Assembly (NCBI GenBank): GCA_050749685.1
Contig: JBOGRS010000001.1
Location: forward strand, 1,920-65,919
From: Thermoplasmata archaeon
GTDB taxonomy: Archaea > Thermoplasmatota > Thermoplasmata > Lutacidiplasmatales > UBA184
Direction: 5' to 3'
DNA length: 64,000 nucleotides
Shown here: positions 1-8,761 of the stretch, one piece after another
How the letters are laid out: every line of letters begins with the position of its first letter
How positions within the stretch are numbered: position 1 is the stretch's first letter
Translations under genes and position numbers: made by a program
The notes under the pieces: model-generated
The model's database searches: none
Told to the model about the DNA's origin: nothing
The model's input: only the letters and a program-made list of their open reading frames with translations

Positions 1-524
1 TGTCGATGGCCCCGGTATCGGCCCAGTACCCGTACCTCCTCACCCTCACGGACACCGGTTTCGGCAAGCGGAGCGCGACCCAGGAGTACCGGCGCACGAA
101 GCGCGGGGCGATGGGCGTTCGGACGATCCGCACCGGGGGGCGGAACGGCAACGTGGTCGCCGTCCTCCCGACGAACGACGACTCCGAGCTCCTCGTCACG
201 ACCCAGGACGGGATGACGATCCGCATGATGGTCAAGACGATCCGATCCCAGGGACGGAACACGATGGGGGTGCGCCTCATCCGCCTCGAGGAATCCGACC
301 GCGTCCGGGACGCCGTCGTCCTCGCCGCGTCGATCGAGAACGGCGGGGAGGTCGCGGAGGGTCCGCCGTTGGAGGGCCCCGACGTGACCGGCGCGCCGCC
401 GCCCGCCGGGAACGACTCGGAGGACACCACGCACGAGCCCGCTTTGGAGGAGGACGGAACGGGCCCCGACGGGGAGGACGCCACCCTCCCCGAGGACGAC
501 GATGCGGCGCCGGGCCCGGGGTAG
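1..524 (+). CDS. gyrA: DNA gyrase subunit A, C-terminal part (5' end outside window)
   Basis: The frame is open to the window edge. The translation shows repeated GyrA C-terminal beta-pinwheel blade patterns (YLLTLTDTGFGKRS..GAMGVRTIR; LLVTTQDGMTIRMMV..GVRLIRLEE) followed by an acidic/Pro-rich tail. Stop TAG at 522-524. Confidence 0.8.
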   Translation, partial: SMAPVSAQYPYLLTLTDTGFGKRSATQEYRRTKRGAMGVRTIRTGGRNGNVVAVLPTNDDSELLVTTQDGMTIRMMVKTIRSQGRNTMGVRLIRLEESDRVRDAVVLAASIENGGEVAEGPPLEGPDVTGAPPPAGNDSEDTTHEPALEEDGTGPDGEDATLPEDDDAAPGPG

Positions 525-687
525 GACCGTCCTGCGCTGTCCGCAGTGCGGGTCGACGAAGCTCGAGTACGCCTCCGCGCTCATCACGGGCCAGGTCTAC
601 CACTGCCTCGCGTGCCAGTACGTCGGCTCCCTCGTCCTCGAGAGCGACCTCACCGAAGACGAGGCGCGAGCGTCCCCACCCCCGTAG
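502..687 (+). CDS. small zinc-ribbon protein (61 aa)
   Basis: ATG 502 overlaps the gyrA end by 23 nt. Two Cys pairs (CPQCGS ... CLAC) form a zinc-ribbon pattern. Composition is not Arg-biased, unlike the surrounding shadow ORFs. Confidence 0.45.
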   Translation: MRRRARGRTVLRCPQCGSTKLEYASALITGQVYHCLACQYVGSLVLESDLTEDEARASPPP

Positions 688-729
688 CCGCGCGTCGCGG
701 ACCCGCGCCGCGCCGACGTGGGGTGGATG

Positions 730-2016
730 CTACGCGTCGGGGTCGGAGTAGCCGTCCTCGATCGGCGCGCGCGCGAGACCCGCACGGCCGACGGCGTCGG
801 TGAAACGGAGCGCTCGGACCACGGGAAGCACGTCGTGGACGCGCACGATGTCCGCTCCGTTCGCGGCCGCCAGGACCGCCGCGGCGATCCCCGCCTCGCC
901 GCGCTCCCCGGGCTCGGCTCCCCCGAGGGCGACGCCGAGGAATGACTTTCGCGACGCCCCCACGACGATCGGGAACCCGAGCGAGCGGAACTCCCGCAGG
1001 TGACGGACGAGCTCGAGGTTGTGCTCCGCCGACTTGCCGAAACCGAGGCCCGGGTCGACGAGCAACCGGTCCGGCGGGATCCCGTCGGCGAGCGCTCGCG
1101 CGGTCGCCTCGGCGAGGAATCCGAAGACCTCGGCCCGAAGGTCGGTGTACTCGGCGTTCGCCTGCATCGTCGTCGGGAGCCCTCGCATGTGCATCGCGAT
1201 CGCCGGGGCCCCCGTCGCGAGGAGGACCTCCCGCATCGCGGGCCGCCGCAGCCCCTCGACATCGTTGACGAGGTCCGCCCCCGCCTCGAGGGCGCGGGAC
1301 GCGACGCTCGGATGCCGGGTGTCGACCGAGATCGGAACGCGCAGTTCGCCGTGCAAGGCCGCAACGACCGGCGCGATCCTCCGCCACTCCTCCTCCTCCG
1401 CGACCTCGCTCGCCCCCGGACGCGTCGACTCCCCTCCCACGTCGAGGAGGTCCGCCCCTTCGGCGACGAGCGTGCGCGCGTGGGCGATGGCCGTGTCCGG
1501 GTCGAGGAACGCCCCCCCGTCCGAGAACGAGTCGGGCGTGACGTTGACGACCCCCATGACGAGCGTCCTTTCGCCGACCACGACCGACCGGTGGACACCG
1601 TGGACCGTCCGCGGCGCCGTGGAGGTCGCGTGGTGGAGCGCCTGGTCGACGGCGTCCGCGATCGCCGTGAGGTGGAAGGGCTGGCGGCGCAGCTTGGGGA
1701 GGAGGCGACGATACTGTCCCAGCGTCGCGAGAAGGACGACGGACGTGTGCGGGACGGAGTGGTCGGCGATCCCGCGGTCGTGCGCCGCATCGCCGCCCAC
1801 CGCGAGCATCTCCTGCTTCAGGAGGGGCGCCGCCTTGAGGGACACGTCGTCGAGGCGGACCGGGAAGATGCGGGCCTTGCGGGTCATGATCCCCACCCCC
1901 TCCGGATCGCAGTGCGTGCGCTGGATCTCCTGGGCGATCTCGCGGAAGCGTTCGACGTCGAGCACCCGGGCGCGGTAGCGCGAGCTCGGTGAAGGGGCCA
2001 CGGTCCGGGCGGCCAC
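730..2016 (-). CDS. folP: dihydropteroate synthase with ~150-aa N-terminal extra domain
   Basis: Pterin-binding DHPS core motifs are present: LVMGVVNVTPDSFSDGG, DLLDVGGESTRPGA, ISVDT, LVDPGLGFGK, VGASRKSF. GTG start at 2016. Residues 1-~150 carry no DHPS motif. Confidence 0.85.
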   Translation of the reverse strand: MAARTVAPSPSSRYRARVLDVERFREIAQEIQRTHCDPEGVGIMTRKARIFPVRLDDVSLKAAPLLKQEMLAVGGDAAHDRGIADHSVPHTSVVLLATLGQYRRLLPKLRRQPFHLTAIADAVDQALHHATSTAPRTVHGVHRSVVVGERTLVMGVVNVTPDSFSDGGAFLDPDTAIAHARTLVAEGADLLDVGGESTRPGASEVAEEEEWRRIAPVVAALHGELRVPISVDTRHPSVASRALEAGADLVNDVEGLRRPAMREVLLATGAPAIAMHMRGLPTTMQANAEYTDLRAEVFGFLAEATARALADGIPPDRLLVDPGLGFGKSAEHNLELVRHLREFRSLGFPIVVGASRKSFLGVALGGAEPGERGEAGIAAAVLAAANGADIVRVHDVLPVVRALRFTDAVGRAGLARAPIEDGYSDPDA

Positions 2017-2038
2017 GTCCGGTCGAGCCGCCCGCCCG

Positions 2039-2045
2039 ATTAAAG
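2039..2045 (+). promoter_or_regulatory. TATA-like box (ATTAAAG) upstream of the P-loop kinase locus
   Basis: AT-rich heptamer in GC-rich divergent intergenic DNA. ATG 2067 lies ~25 nt downstream, which is archaeal leaderless geometry. Confidence 0.35.
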
Positions 2046-2115
2046 CGCTCCCGCCCGCTCGAAGTTATGCGTTCGCGTCGCCGTCGCCCCGCGGGGGACG
2101 AGCGCGTCGGCGTGG

Positions 2116-2778
2116 ATCATCGCCCTCGAAGGCCCGTCGGGCGTCGGGAAGTCGACGGCCGCGCGGCGGCTGGCGCGGGCGACCTCCTCCCACCTCGTAC
2201 GGGAGGCCGTCGAGCGGCTGCGACCCCCGGCGTCCCTGCGGTACCGAACGCGGACCGGACTCGAGGCGCTCGAGCTCCGTCTCGCCGAGGAGGAAGGGCG
2301 ACGCTACCACGACGCCGTGCGGCGGCGGGAGCGCGGGCAACCGGTGGTCCTCGACACGTCGACCCTCGGCCCTCTCACCTACGCCTGGGGCCTGCGGAAC
2401 GTCCGGGGGAGGCAGCATGACGTCGTCCCGTCCGTGCGACGCTGGTTCCGCAACGCCCTCGCGTCGGACCGATGGGGGTTGCCGGACCTCACGATCTACC
2501 TCGATGCTTCGCCCGAGGTCGTGGCCGCGCGGCTCGCCGGGGCGACGGCGACCCATCCCGCCGACCTCGCCGCGCGGCACTTCGCCGTGGCACGCTGGGA
2601 ACGGCGCTTCTGGTGCGGTCGCGCCGCCCGGGTGGCCCCGTCCCACGTCGCCACGATCGACGCGGGCGGGGACCGAGAGGACGTGATCGCGACCCTCCTC
2701 GATCGGATCGAACGTCGTGGCACGCTGCGGCCGTTGCCCTCCGCCCGCGCCCGTCGGCTCGTGAACGCGTTGAGGTGA
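2116..2778 (+). CDS. P-loop (d)NMP/nucleoside kinase-like protein, 5' end unresolved (possible frameshift)
   Basis: Walker A ALEGPSGVGKST at 2122-2157, VVLDTS strand, and an IYLDASPEVVAARL segment as in dTMP-kinase-like folds. This frame has a stop at 2041-2043 and no ATG/GTG/TTG before GTG 2317, which lies downstream of the P-loop. The start coordinate given is simply the ATC codon preceding the P-loop strand. Confidence 0.5.
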   Translation: MIALEGPSGVGKSTAARRLARATSSHLVREAVERLRPPASLRYRTRTGLEALELRLAEEEGRRYHDAVRRRERGQPVVLDTSTLGPLTYAWGLRNVRGRQHDVVPSVRRWFRNALASDRWGLPDLTIYLDASPEVVAARLAGATATHPADLAARHFAVARWERRFWCGRAARVAPSHVATIDAGGDREDVIATLLDRIERRGTLRPLPSARARRLVNALR

Positions 2779-2845
2779 TCGCGTCGCGCCCTGTCGGACC
2801 GGGCAACTGTTAAGTGGGGTACCGGGTCTGCCCGACGCTCCGCCG

Positions 2846-3058
2846 ATGAAGCCCCTCGACGTCCTCCAGCAAAGCCTGCACAAGCGGGTCCTGGTGGAGA
2901 TGAAGGGCGGGCGGTCGTTCCGGGGGGTCCTCGACGGGTTCGACCAGCACCTCAACCTGGTGCTCTCGACCGCCGAGGAGGTGGTCGAGGACGTGGTGAC
3001 ACCCCGCGCGGGCCTCACCCTCTTGCGCGGCGACAGCATCGTCTACATCTCACCGTAA
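2846..3058 (+). CDS. Sm-like (LSm) archaeal protein
   Basis: 70 aa. Sm1 motif GVLDGFDQHLNLVL and Sm2 motif LLRGDSIVYI. Confidence 0.9.
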   Translation: MKPLDVLQQSLHKRVLVEMKGGRSFRGVLDGFDQHLNLVLSTAEEVVEDVVTPRAGLTLLRGDSIVYISP

Positions 3059-3079
3059 GGCACTTCGGAGGAACCGCAC

Positions 3080-3241
3080 ATGGGAAAGGGAACACCGGCA
3101 CGACGCGGCGGAAAGATCGTCCACGTGATCTGCCGCCGGTGCGGCAAGCACTCCTACCATCGTCAGAAGGGCGTCTGCGCGTCCTGCGGCTTCGGTGACA
3201 CGGCGCGTCGCCGCGGCTTCAGCTGGGCGAAGCTCAAGTAG
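3080..3241 (+). CDS. rpl37e: 50S ribosomal protein L37e
   Basis: Not in the ORF track (53 aa). ATG 3080, TAG 3239-3241. MGKGTPARRGGKIVHVICRRCGKHSYHRQKGVCASCGFG.. with the C4 zinc ribbon CRRCG..CASCG. Lies 21 nt after the Sm gene, the conserved archaeal Sm-L37e pair. Confidence 0.9.
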   Translation: MGKGTPARRGGKIVHVICRRCGKHSYHRQKGVCASCGFGDTARRRGFSWAKLK

Positions 3242-3818
3242 GCGGGGTCGCGGGACCCCGCGTCCACCCCGGGGGGCGGGGGCGGGAAACCCACGGGTTC
3301 GCGTCGAGCGCGAAGCGAAGCGTCCGGTCGCGGGCCTTGAGGATGCCGACCCGCGGCCCGAGGAGGGTCCTCTCGGCCCGCCGACGATGCCCGGCCGAGA
3401 TCGTCACCGGTCCCTCGATGAGGTCGGTCCCGTCGAGCGCGAGGGGGATGTGCAGCGCGCGGCACAGGCGTCCCGGACCGCTCGGGTCGTCGTCGAGCCC
3501 CGCGACGGGCTCGGCGGCGCGGAACAGGACCGCTTCGCCGCGTCGCGCCACCGCATTCGCGCAGACCACCTGGTGGATGCGGAACACGTAGAGCGTTCCG
3601 GGTCGCTCGAACATCGAACGGTTCCGCCGGGTCGGGCCGGCAAACGCGTGGCTCGCCGGATCCCTCCGGACATACGCCTCGGTCTCGACGACCCTCGCGA
3701 CCTTGCGACCGTGCGGGGTCCGGTGGGCGATGAGGGTCCCGAGAAGCGCGCGAGCGACCTGCCGCGCCGGCCGGTCGAAGAACGCCCGCGGGATCGCCCG
3801 GTACGCGGGATCGTCCAT
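3234..3818 (-). CDS. mpg: DNA-3-methyladenine glycosylase (AAG/Mpg family)
   Basis: Internal ATG 3818 (MDDPAYRAIPRAFF..) was chosen because the upstream part of the track ORF is Arg/Ser shadow. The core VVETEAYVRRDPASHAFAGPTRRNRSMFERPGTLYVFRIH matches the Mpg pattern (ETEAY..D.ASH..T.RN..MF..G..YVY). Confidence 0.8.
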   Translation of the reverse strand: MDDPAYRAIPRAFFDRPARQVARALLGTLIAHRTPHGRKVARVVETEAYVRRDPASHAFAGPTRRNRSMFERPGTLYVFRIHQVVCANAVARRGEAVLFRAAEPVAGLDDDPSGPGRLCRALHIPLALDGTDLIEGPVTISAGHRRRAERTLLGPRVGILKARDRTLRFALDANPWVSRPRPPGWTRGPATPPT

Positions 3819-3831
3819 GCGAGGTCGACCG

Positions 3832-4941
3832 CTACAGAAGGTGGCCGCGGTCGAGGAGCGGCGTCTCGTCGACCGCCACGGTCGCCTCGGCGAGGACGAT
3901 CCACGAGAGGAACGGACACCGATTCCGTCCGCCGTACGCGCGATTGTCGCCGACGGCGATCGTGACCGCACCCGCCTCCTGGTCCTCGACCTGGGGCAGA
4001 CCGGCGCCGATCTTCGGATTGAGCCCGATCGAAACGAGGCCGACGACATCCTTGCCCTTCGGCGCGTCGCGGTACGCGGTCTCGAAGGTCGGCTGGCCGT
4101 CGGTGTACCACGCGTTCGCGAGGTGGCCCGCATGCACCTCCCACTGGCCCCCTTCGACCCGGCCTCCGCGCAGGTAGCTCGGACGGTTCGCGACCGCGAT
4201 CCCCTCGGCGCTCGCCTCGTCGATCGCCACGATCACCGTCCCCGGAGGGGACGTCGTGAGGTTGTGGCCGAGGTCCAGGTCGGAACGGTCGATGACGCCA
4301 TCCTCGACGGTCGGGGTGCGCTGGCGGAGCTTCGCGCGGACCTCGCTACCGTTCGCGGCGGTGATGTGGAGCCGGTGCCCGCTCTTGAGGCGCTGGGCGA
4401 CGCCGCGGGCCTGGCGCTGGATCTCGGCGAAATCGACCTCGACCGTGGCCCGTAGGAGGCCCTGCCTCCACTCCGGGCCCCGTACGCCCCAGAACTCCGC
4501 CTGCGGGTCGGAGGCATAACCCAGCATGCTACGCACCCCGCGCAGGCGCGCCGACTTGGCACGGCGGTACCACTCCGCGTTGTACGTCGTGAGCGCGCTG
4601 CGATGCGTCGGAGGAAGCTGGTGGAAGCGAGGACGGTCCTCCGGTCCGGGGAAGAAGACGTAGGCGTGGGTCTTCCCGAGGGCGCCCCACTCGTGGCCGC
4701 CCACGCGGCTCCACCGTCCGACGGCCGGGGCGACGTCCAGGCTGCGCCAGTACGCGGCCTCGTCCTCGACGAGGAGCATCGGGTGGGCGCCCCGCCGACG
4801 CGCCTCCACGACGCATGCGGTCGAGTACGGGAGCGAATGGGTCCACGTCTCGATGATGACGTTCTCGCCGCGCCGCACATTGAGCTCCGGGCCGAGCAGG
4901 ACCTTCGCGAGCTCGGCGGGGCCCGGGGCGTCGGACGGCAT
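3832..4941 (-). CDS. M29-family (AmpS/PepS-like) aminopeptidase
   Basis: 369 aa, ATG 4941. The N-terminus LNVRRGENVIIETWTHSLPYSTACVVEARRRGAHPMLLVED and the C-terminal Gly-rich metal-site region (AVGDNRAYGG) resemble the aminopeptidase T / COG2309 layout. Confidence 0.6.
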   Translation of the reverse strand: MPSDAPGPAELAKVLLGPELNVRRGENVIIETWTHSLPYSTACVVEARRRGAHPMLLVEDEAAYWRSLDVAPAVGRWSRVGGHEWGALGKTHAYVFFPGPEDRPRFHQLPPTHRSALTTYNAEWYRRAKSARLRGVRSMLGYASDPQAEFWGVRGPEWRQGLLRATVEVDFAEIQRQARGVAQRLKSGHRLHITAANGSEVRAKLRQRTPTVEDGVIDRSDLDLGHNLTTSPPGTVIVAIDEASAEGIAVANRPSYLRGGRVEGGQWEVHAGHLANAWYTDGQPTFETAYRDAPKGKDVVGLVSIGLNPKIGAGLPQVEDQEAGAVTIAVGDNRAYGGRNRCPFLSWIVLAEATVAVDETPLLDRGHLL

Positions 4942-4965
4942 CGTGGCGGGATGGTGGGGGTACCC

Positions 4966-6324
4966 TTAAACCTTCGACCGCCGCCCCGACGCGCCCTCGC
5001 AAAGGCCCGTCACGGACCCGGGCGGACGGTGGCGCACGCGCCCGACGAGCACGGTCGACCGGCCCAGGCGCGGCAGCGCCCGCACGACCTCCGCGAGGAG
5101 CTCTTCACCCCGGTCGAACGGTGGCGGATATCCGAGCGACGGGATCCCCCGCGGGAACGACCTCGCCCACCCGGGATCGCCGACGGCGCGATGCACCACC
5201 TCGCTGACGCGGCGCAACCGCGCCACGTCCGAGAGGTCGCGGCGCAGGGCGCGGTCGACCCGGAGCCGGGCCCACGCGGCGAGCAGCCGATCGAGCTTCT
5301 CCGGCCGGTGACGTCGTGTACGACGCCCCGTGCCCATCGCCCCATTGAAGTAGAGGAACGGTCCGCCGAGGTCGAGGGCCTCGAGCAGCGTACGGCTCCC
5401 CGTCACGATCCGAACCTCGGCGCGCACGAAACGACGCCGCCACATGGCCGGCGGGCTTCGCCCGATGGTCTCCCATCGGGGGTGGCCGTTCGCGCCCGTC
5501 GGGGGCGGACCCCCCCCGCGCACGACGAGACGCGTCCGAGGTGCGTCACGGTCGAGCGCCGCGGCGATCGCCGCGAGCAGTCGCGAGGCGCTCGACGCGC
5601 TCACCCGGGCGACCCATGCGCCGGGACGCGTGGGGGACGGGGGGCGCGCCGGCCCCGCCGCGCGTACGGCGCGGGGGTAGACGATCGGACCGACCTGGAC
5701 CGCGTTCGGGAACTCGCGGGCGAATGCCCGGGAGGGGAGGAAGGACGCGTGGAGGTGCAGGACGTTCGAGACCCCGTAGCCGCGGAAGCGAACGTAGTCG
5801 TGGTGGAAGCGGGCCACCTCGGCGTCGAGTTCCCCGCGCGCCAGGCGGCGTCGGACGACCCGGGTCGCGACCCCGCCCTCCCGGTAGCGCTCGAAGGTCT
5901 GCTGGCGGCTCGTGAGGGTGCGCGCGAACTCCTCGAGGCTGAGGTGCAGCGTTCGATCCCGACCGTAGGCCGATTCCACGAGGCCCGACTCCGTCGCCCA
6001 GGTTCCGGCCCTGCCGAGAGGACCTCGGCGCTCGGGGGCGGAGGTGACGCCCCAGGACGGGCTCACGGTGACGGCCCACGGCGAGGAGCGCGCGGGACGG
6101 TCGACGCGGACGATCCTCGGCCAGTCCCACGGTCCGTCGACGTCGCGGGGGAGCGGCCGCCCCCGCGCGCGGAAGAGGAAGAGGCTCTGCCCGTCGACCG
6201 CCAGCCGTCGCCCTACGGTGAGCACCTCCTCGATGTCCCCCAGCCCTCCGCCCAGTACCGCCGGGAACAGGTAGACATCGACCGGTCGTTCCGTGGGGCC
6301 GGTAGGCGGGATCGCGCTAGGCAT
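4966..6324 (-). CDS. uncharacterised 452-aa protein, weak GT-B glycosyltransferase-like signature
   Basis: ATG 6324 overlaps the upstream GNAT stop (6317-6319) by 8 nt. Composition is ordinary. N-terminal VDVYLFPAVLGGGLGDIEEV and C-terminal IVTGSRTLLEALDLGGPFLYF resemble the two half-site motifs of GT-B enzymes. The function is not established. Confidence 0.55.
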   Translation of the reverse strand: MPSAIPPTGPTERPVDVYLFPAVLGGGLGDIEEVLTVGRRLAVDGQSLFLFRARGRPLPRDVDGPWDWPRIVRVDRPARSSPWAVTVSPSWGVTSAPERRGPLGRAGTWATESGLVESAYGRDRTLHLSLEEFARTLTSRQQTFERYREGGVATRVVRRRLARGELDAEVARFHHDYVRFRGYGVSNVLHLHASFLPSRAFAREFPNAVQVGPIVYPRAVRAAGPARPPSPTRPGAWVARVSASSASRLLAAIAAALDRDAPRTRLVVRGGGPPPTGANGHPRWETIGRSPPAMWRRRFVRAEVRIVTGSRTLLEALDLGGPFLYFNGAMGTGRRTRRHRPEKLDRLLAAWARLRVDRALRRDLSDVARLRRVSEVVHRAVGDPGWARSFPRGIPSLGYPPPFDRGEELLAEVVRALPRLGRSTVLVGRVRHRPPGSVTGLCEGASGRRSKV

Positions 6325-7261
6325 GAAGAGGATGGTAGAGCGTGTCGACCCGGTAGGCGCTCGAGAATCCAGCGCGTTCGAGCAGCTCGAGGGCGGCCGG
6401 AAGGTGATCCGGCACCTCCGTCACCACCCGCGCGGCGCCGCGGCCGGCGATCCACGCGAGGGCATGGCGCACGAGCGCGCCTGCCTCCGGCGAAGGGACG
6501 GCGGGACCCAGGACCGGCGCGGTCAGGTTCGCCGACGCCATCGCGCGGCTCACCGTCGCCCGCAGGAAGGCGGTCGGGCCCGACCCGTCGTCCAGGACCC
6601 ATGCCCTCGATTCGGAGCCGAGCGCCCGCAGGAGAGCGGGCGGCAGGCGGAACTGGCCGGCGTCGACCGGCAGGACCTCGGCGATGCGGGGGGGAAGGGT
6701 GCGTTCGGCGACGGCGCGAAGCGCCACGGCGTCCTCGCGCCGGAAGTCGCGCAACGAACGAGGTTGCGCGTCGTCGGCCCCGGTCGCGGGAGGTCCGATC
6801 GGGCGGAGGAACACGGTGTGGGACCTCAGCGGGAGATACCCCTCCGACGCGTAGAGCGCGCGGGCCGGCGCGTTCTCCGTGAGCACGTCGAGGAGCGCGT
6901 AGGCGCGACCGGCGTCGCGGGACTCCGCGTGGGCACGGCGGAGCAGTCGACGGGCGAACCCGCGTCGACGGAACGGTGGGTCGACGGCGACCCCGCTCAC
7001 GTAACCGGCGCGCTGCGTGAACGTGAGCAGCGTCGTGGCCACCACGCGGTGGTCGACCTCGATGACGAAGAAGCGCGCGATCGGCCGTCGGAGCGCCCGC
7101 GCGACCGCGAGGAGGATCCGAACGTCCCATCGGAAGAGCCGACGCACGAGACGCTCCATCGCGACCGGGTCGGTGCCGAGGATCTTGTCCTCCTCGGGAA
7201 AGTGGGCCTTCAGGAACTCGAGGTAGCGGGGCGCGTCCTTCGGACGGAAGTCCCTCAGCAT
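6317..7261 (-). CDS. GNAT-family N-acetyltransferase (two GNAT-like halves)
   Basis: Internal ATG 7261 (MLRDFRPKDAPRYLEF..) was chosen. Acetyl-CoA motif VAVDPPFRRRGFARRLLRRA. The start overlaps the HEAT gene stop (7255-7257) by 7 nt. Confidence 0.7.
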   Translation of the reverse strand: MLRDFRPKDAPRYLEFLKAHFPEEDKILGTDPVAMERLVRRLFRWDVRILLAVARALRRPIARFFVIEVDHRVVATTLLTFTQRAGYVSGVAVDPPFRRRGFARRLLRRAHAESRDAGRAYALLDVLTENAPARALYASEGYLPLRSHTVFLRPIGPPATGADDAQPRSLRDFRREDAVALRAVAERTLPPRIAEVLPVDAGQFRLPPALLRALGSESRAWVLDDGSGPTAFLRATVSRAMASANLTAPVLGPAVPSPEAGALVRHALAWIAGRGAARVVTEVPDHLPAALELLERAGFSSAYRVDTLYHPLHA

Positions 7262-8739
7262 CCGATCTCGTCCTCGTCGGCCGACGCCGGGAGCGCCGTT
7301 TCGAAGAGGAGACGCAGGGTGGGCGGGGTCCCGCCCTTGGGGGTCTCGGGCTCGGGGAGGCGGGCGAGGCGCTCGAGGTCGTCCTCGGTGACGCGGGCGC
7401 GCGCCTCGAGGATCGCCCGGGCGACGAACGGGTCGAACTCCCCCTGCCCTAGGCGGCCCAACGCCTGGATGATCGTGTCGAAGAGTCGTCCCTCGGCGTC
7501 GCTCAGGAGGCGGACCGCCCCCTCCCCCTCCGCGATCATCCGGTGCTCGCCCCGGGACGGATGCACCTGGCGGAGGAGCGCGACGAGCCCCTCGCGCGCG
7601 CCGTCGTCCCGAAGGCGTCCGAGCGCCCAGGCCGCGGCGAGACGGACCTCGGCGATCGGGTGGCGGAGCTCCTCGCGGATCCGCGGCGCCGCCTCGGTCA
7701 TGTCGAGGAGTCCGAGCGCGTAGATCGCCCCGCGCCGGGGCCACGGGTGAGGATCCTCGAGAACGCCCAAGAGGGCGGCGAGGTCGTCGGCGCCGCCGAC
7801 CCGGCCGAGGCAGTCCGTCGCCGCACCGCGCACCGACCAGAGCGGGTCGCTGAGCGCCTCCACGGCGACGGGGTGGCCTTCGGGCGCCCCCAGGTCGCCG
7901 ATCGCATGGAGCGCGCAGACGCGCATCCATCCTCGGTCGTCCGCCGCGTGACGGATCACCGCGGGCACGGCACGTCGATCCCCGATCCTCCCGAGCGCGA
8001 TCAGGATCGCCGGCTTGCCCCAGTTCTCCTCCTTCTCGAGACGCTCGAGGAGCGTCGGCACCGACCCTCCGTCCTTGAGCGTTCCCAGGACGACCGCCGT
8101 GGCGATGCGCACGCGACGGGAGGGGTCGTCAAGGAGCGGGCGGATGAGGTCGGGTACCGAGGGGTCGCCGCTGCGGCCGAGCCCGAACGTCGCCTCGCGT
8201 CGTACGCGGTCGTTCGGGTCCGCGAGCGCCATCACGAGGGCGGGCGTGGACGCGGGATGGGGCCATCGACCGAACGCCGCGAGGGCGGCCCGCCGGACGT
8301 TCGCGTCGGCATCGTGCAGGAGCGGGGCGAGGGCGGGGCGCGAACGCGCGTCGCCCACCGTCCAGAGGGACCAGGCCGCGTGCTCGCGCACGCGCTCGCT
8401 CGCGTCCCCGAGGGCATGCTCGAGCGGTTCGCGACTCTCCCGCCGTCCGATCCCGCCCAGCGCCTCCGCGGCGCTCGAGCGGACGTTCGCGTCCGGGTCG
8501 TGCAGGGAGGCCTCGAGCGCGCTGCGACCGCGCGCGTCCTTGCGGCGGCCCAGCGCGACGGCCGCGGCCTGGCGGAGGCGCGCGTCCGGGTCGGCGAGCG
8601 CGACCAGCAGGGTCTCGGGATCCCCGGCCGACCCTTCCTCGACGAGGGAACGGATCTCGGCGAGCCGCGTCTCCACGCTGCGCCGGTCCCGGTGCGCGAA
8701 CGGCGGGACCTTCCTCCCGCGTCGGAGCCGAGAGACCAC
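7255..8739 (-). CDS. HEAT-repeat (PBS-lyase HEAT-like) protein
   Basis: 494 aa, GTG 8739. About a dozen tandem ~31-aa units of the form L.DPD..VR..AA.ALG..GD. Confidence 0.8.
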   Translation of the reverse strand: MVSRLRRGRKVPPFAHRDRRSVETRLAEIRSLVEEGSAGDPETLLVALADPDARLRQAAAVALGRRKDARGRSALEASLHDPDANVRSSAAEALGGIGRRESREPLEHALGDASERVREHAAWSLWTVGDARSRPALAPLLHDADANVRRAALAAFGRWPHPASTPALVMALADPNDRVRREATFGLGRSGDPSVPDLIRPLLDDPSRRVRIATAVVLGTLKDGGSVPTLLERLEKEENWGKPAILIALGRIGDRRAVPAVIRHAADDRGWMRVCALHAIGDLGAPEGHPVAVEALSDPLWSVRGAATDCLGRVGGADDLAALLGVLEDPHPWPRRGAIYALGLLDMTEAAPRIREELRHPIAEVRLAAAWALGRLRDDGAREGLVALLRQVHPSRGEHRMIAEGEGAVRLLSDAEGRLFDTIIQALGRLGQGEFDPFVARAILEARARVTEDDLERLARLPEPETPKGGTPPTLRLLFETALPASADEDEIGC

Positions 8740-8761
8740 GGACCCCGAAGGAGGTCCCGCC

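Noticed and set aside
597-1790. 397-aa Ser/Arg/Thr-rich minus-strand ORF
   Set aside because: It is an out-of-frame overlap of folP. The composition is low-complexity.
4603-6882. 759-aa plus-strand ORF
   Set aside because: It is antisense to three well-behaved minus-strand genes and has extreme Arg/Pro/Gly content.
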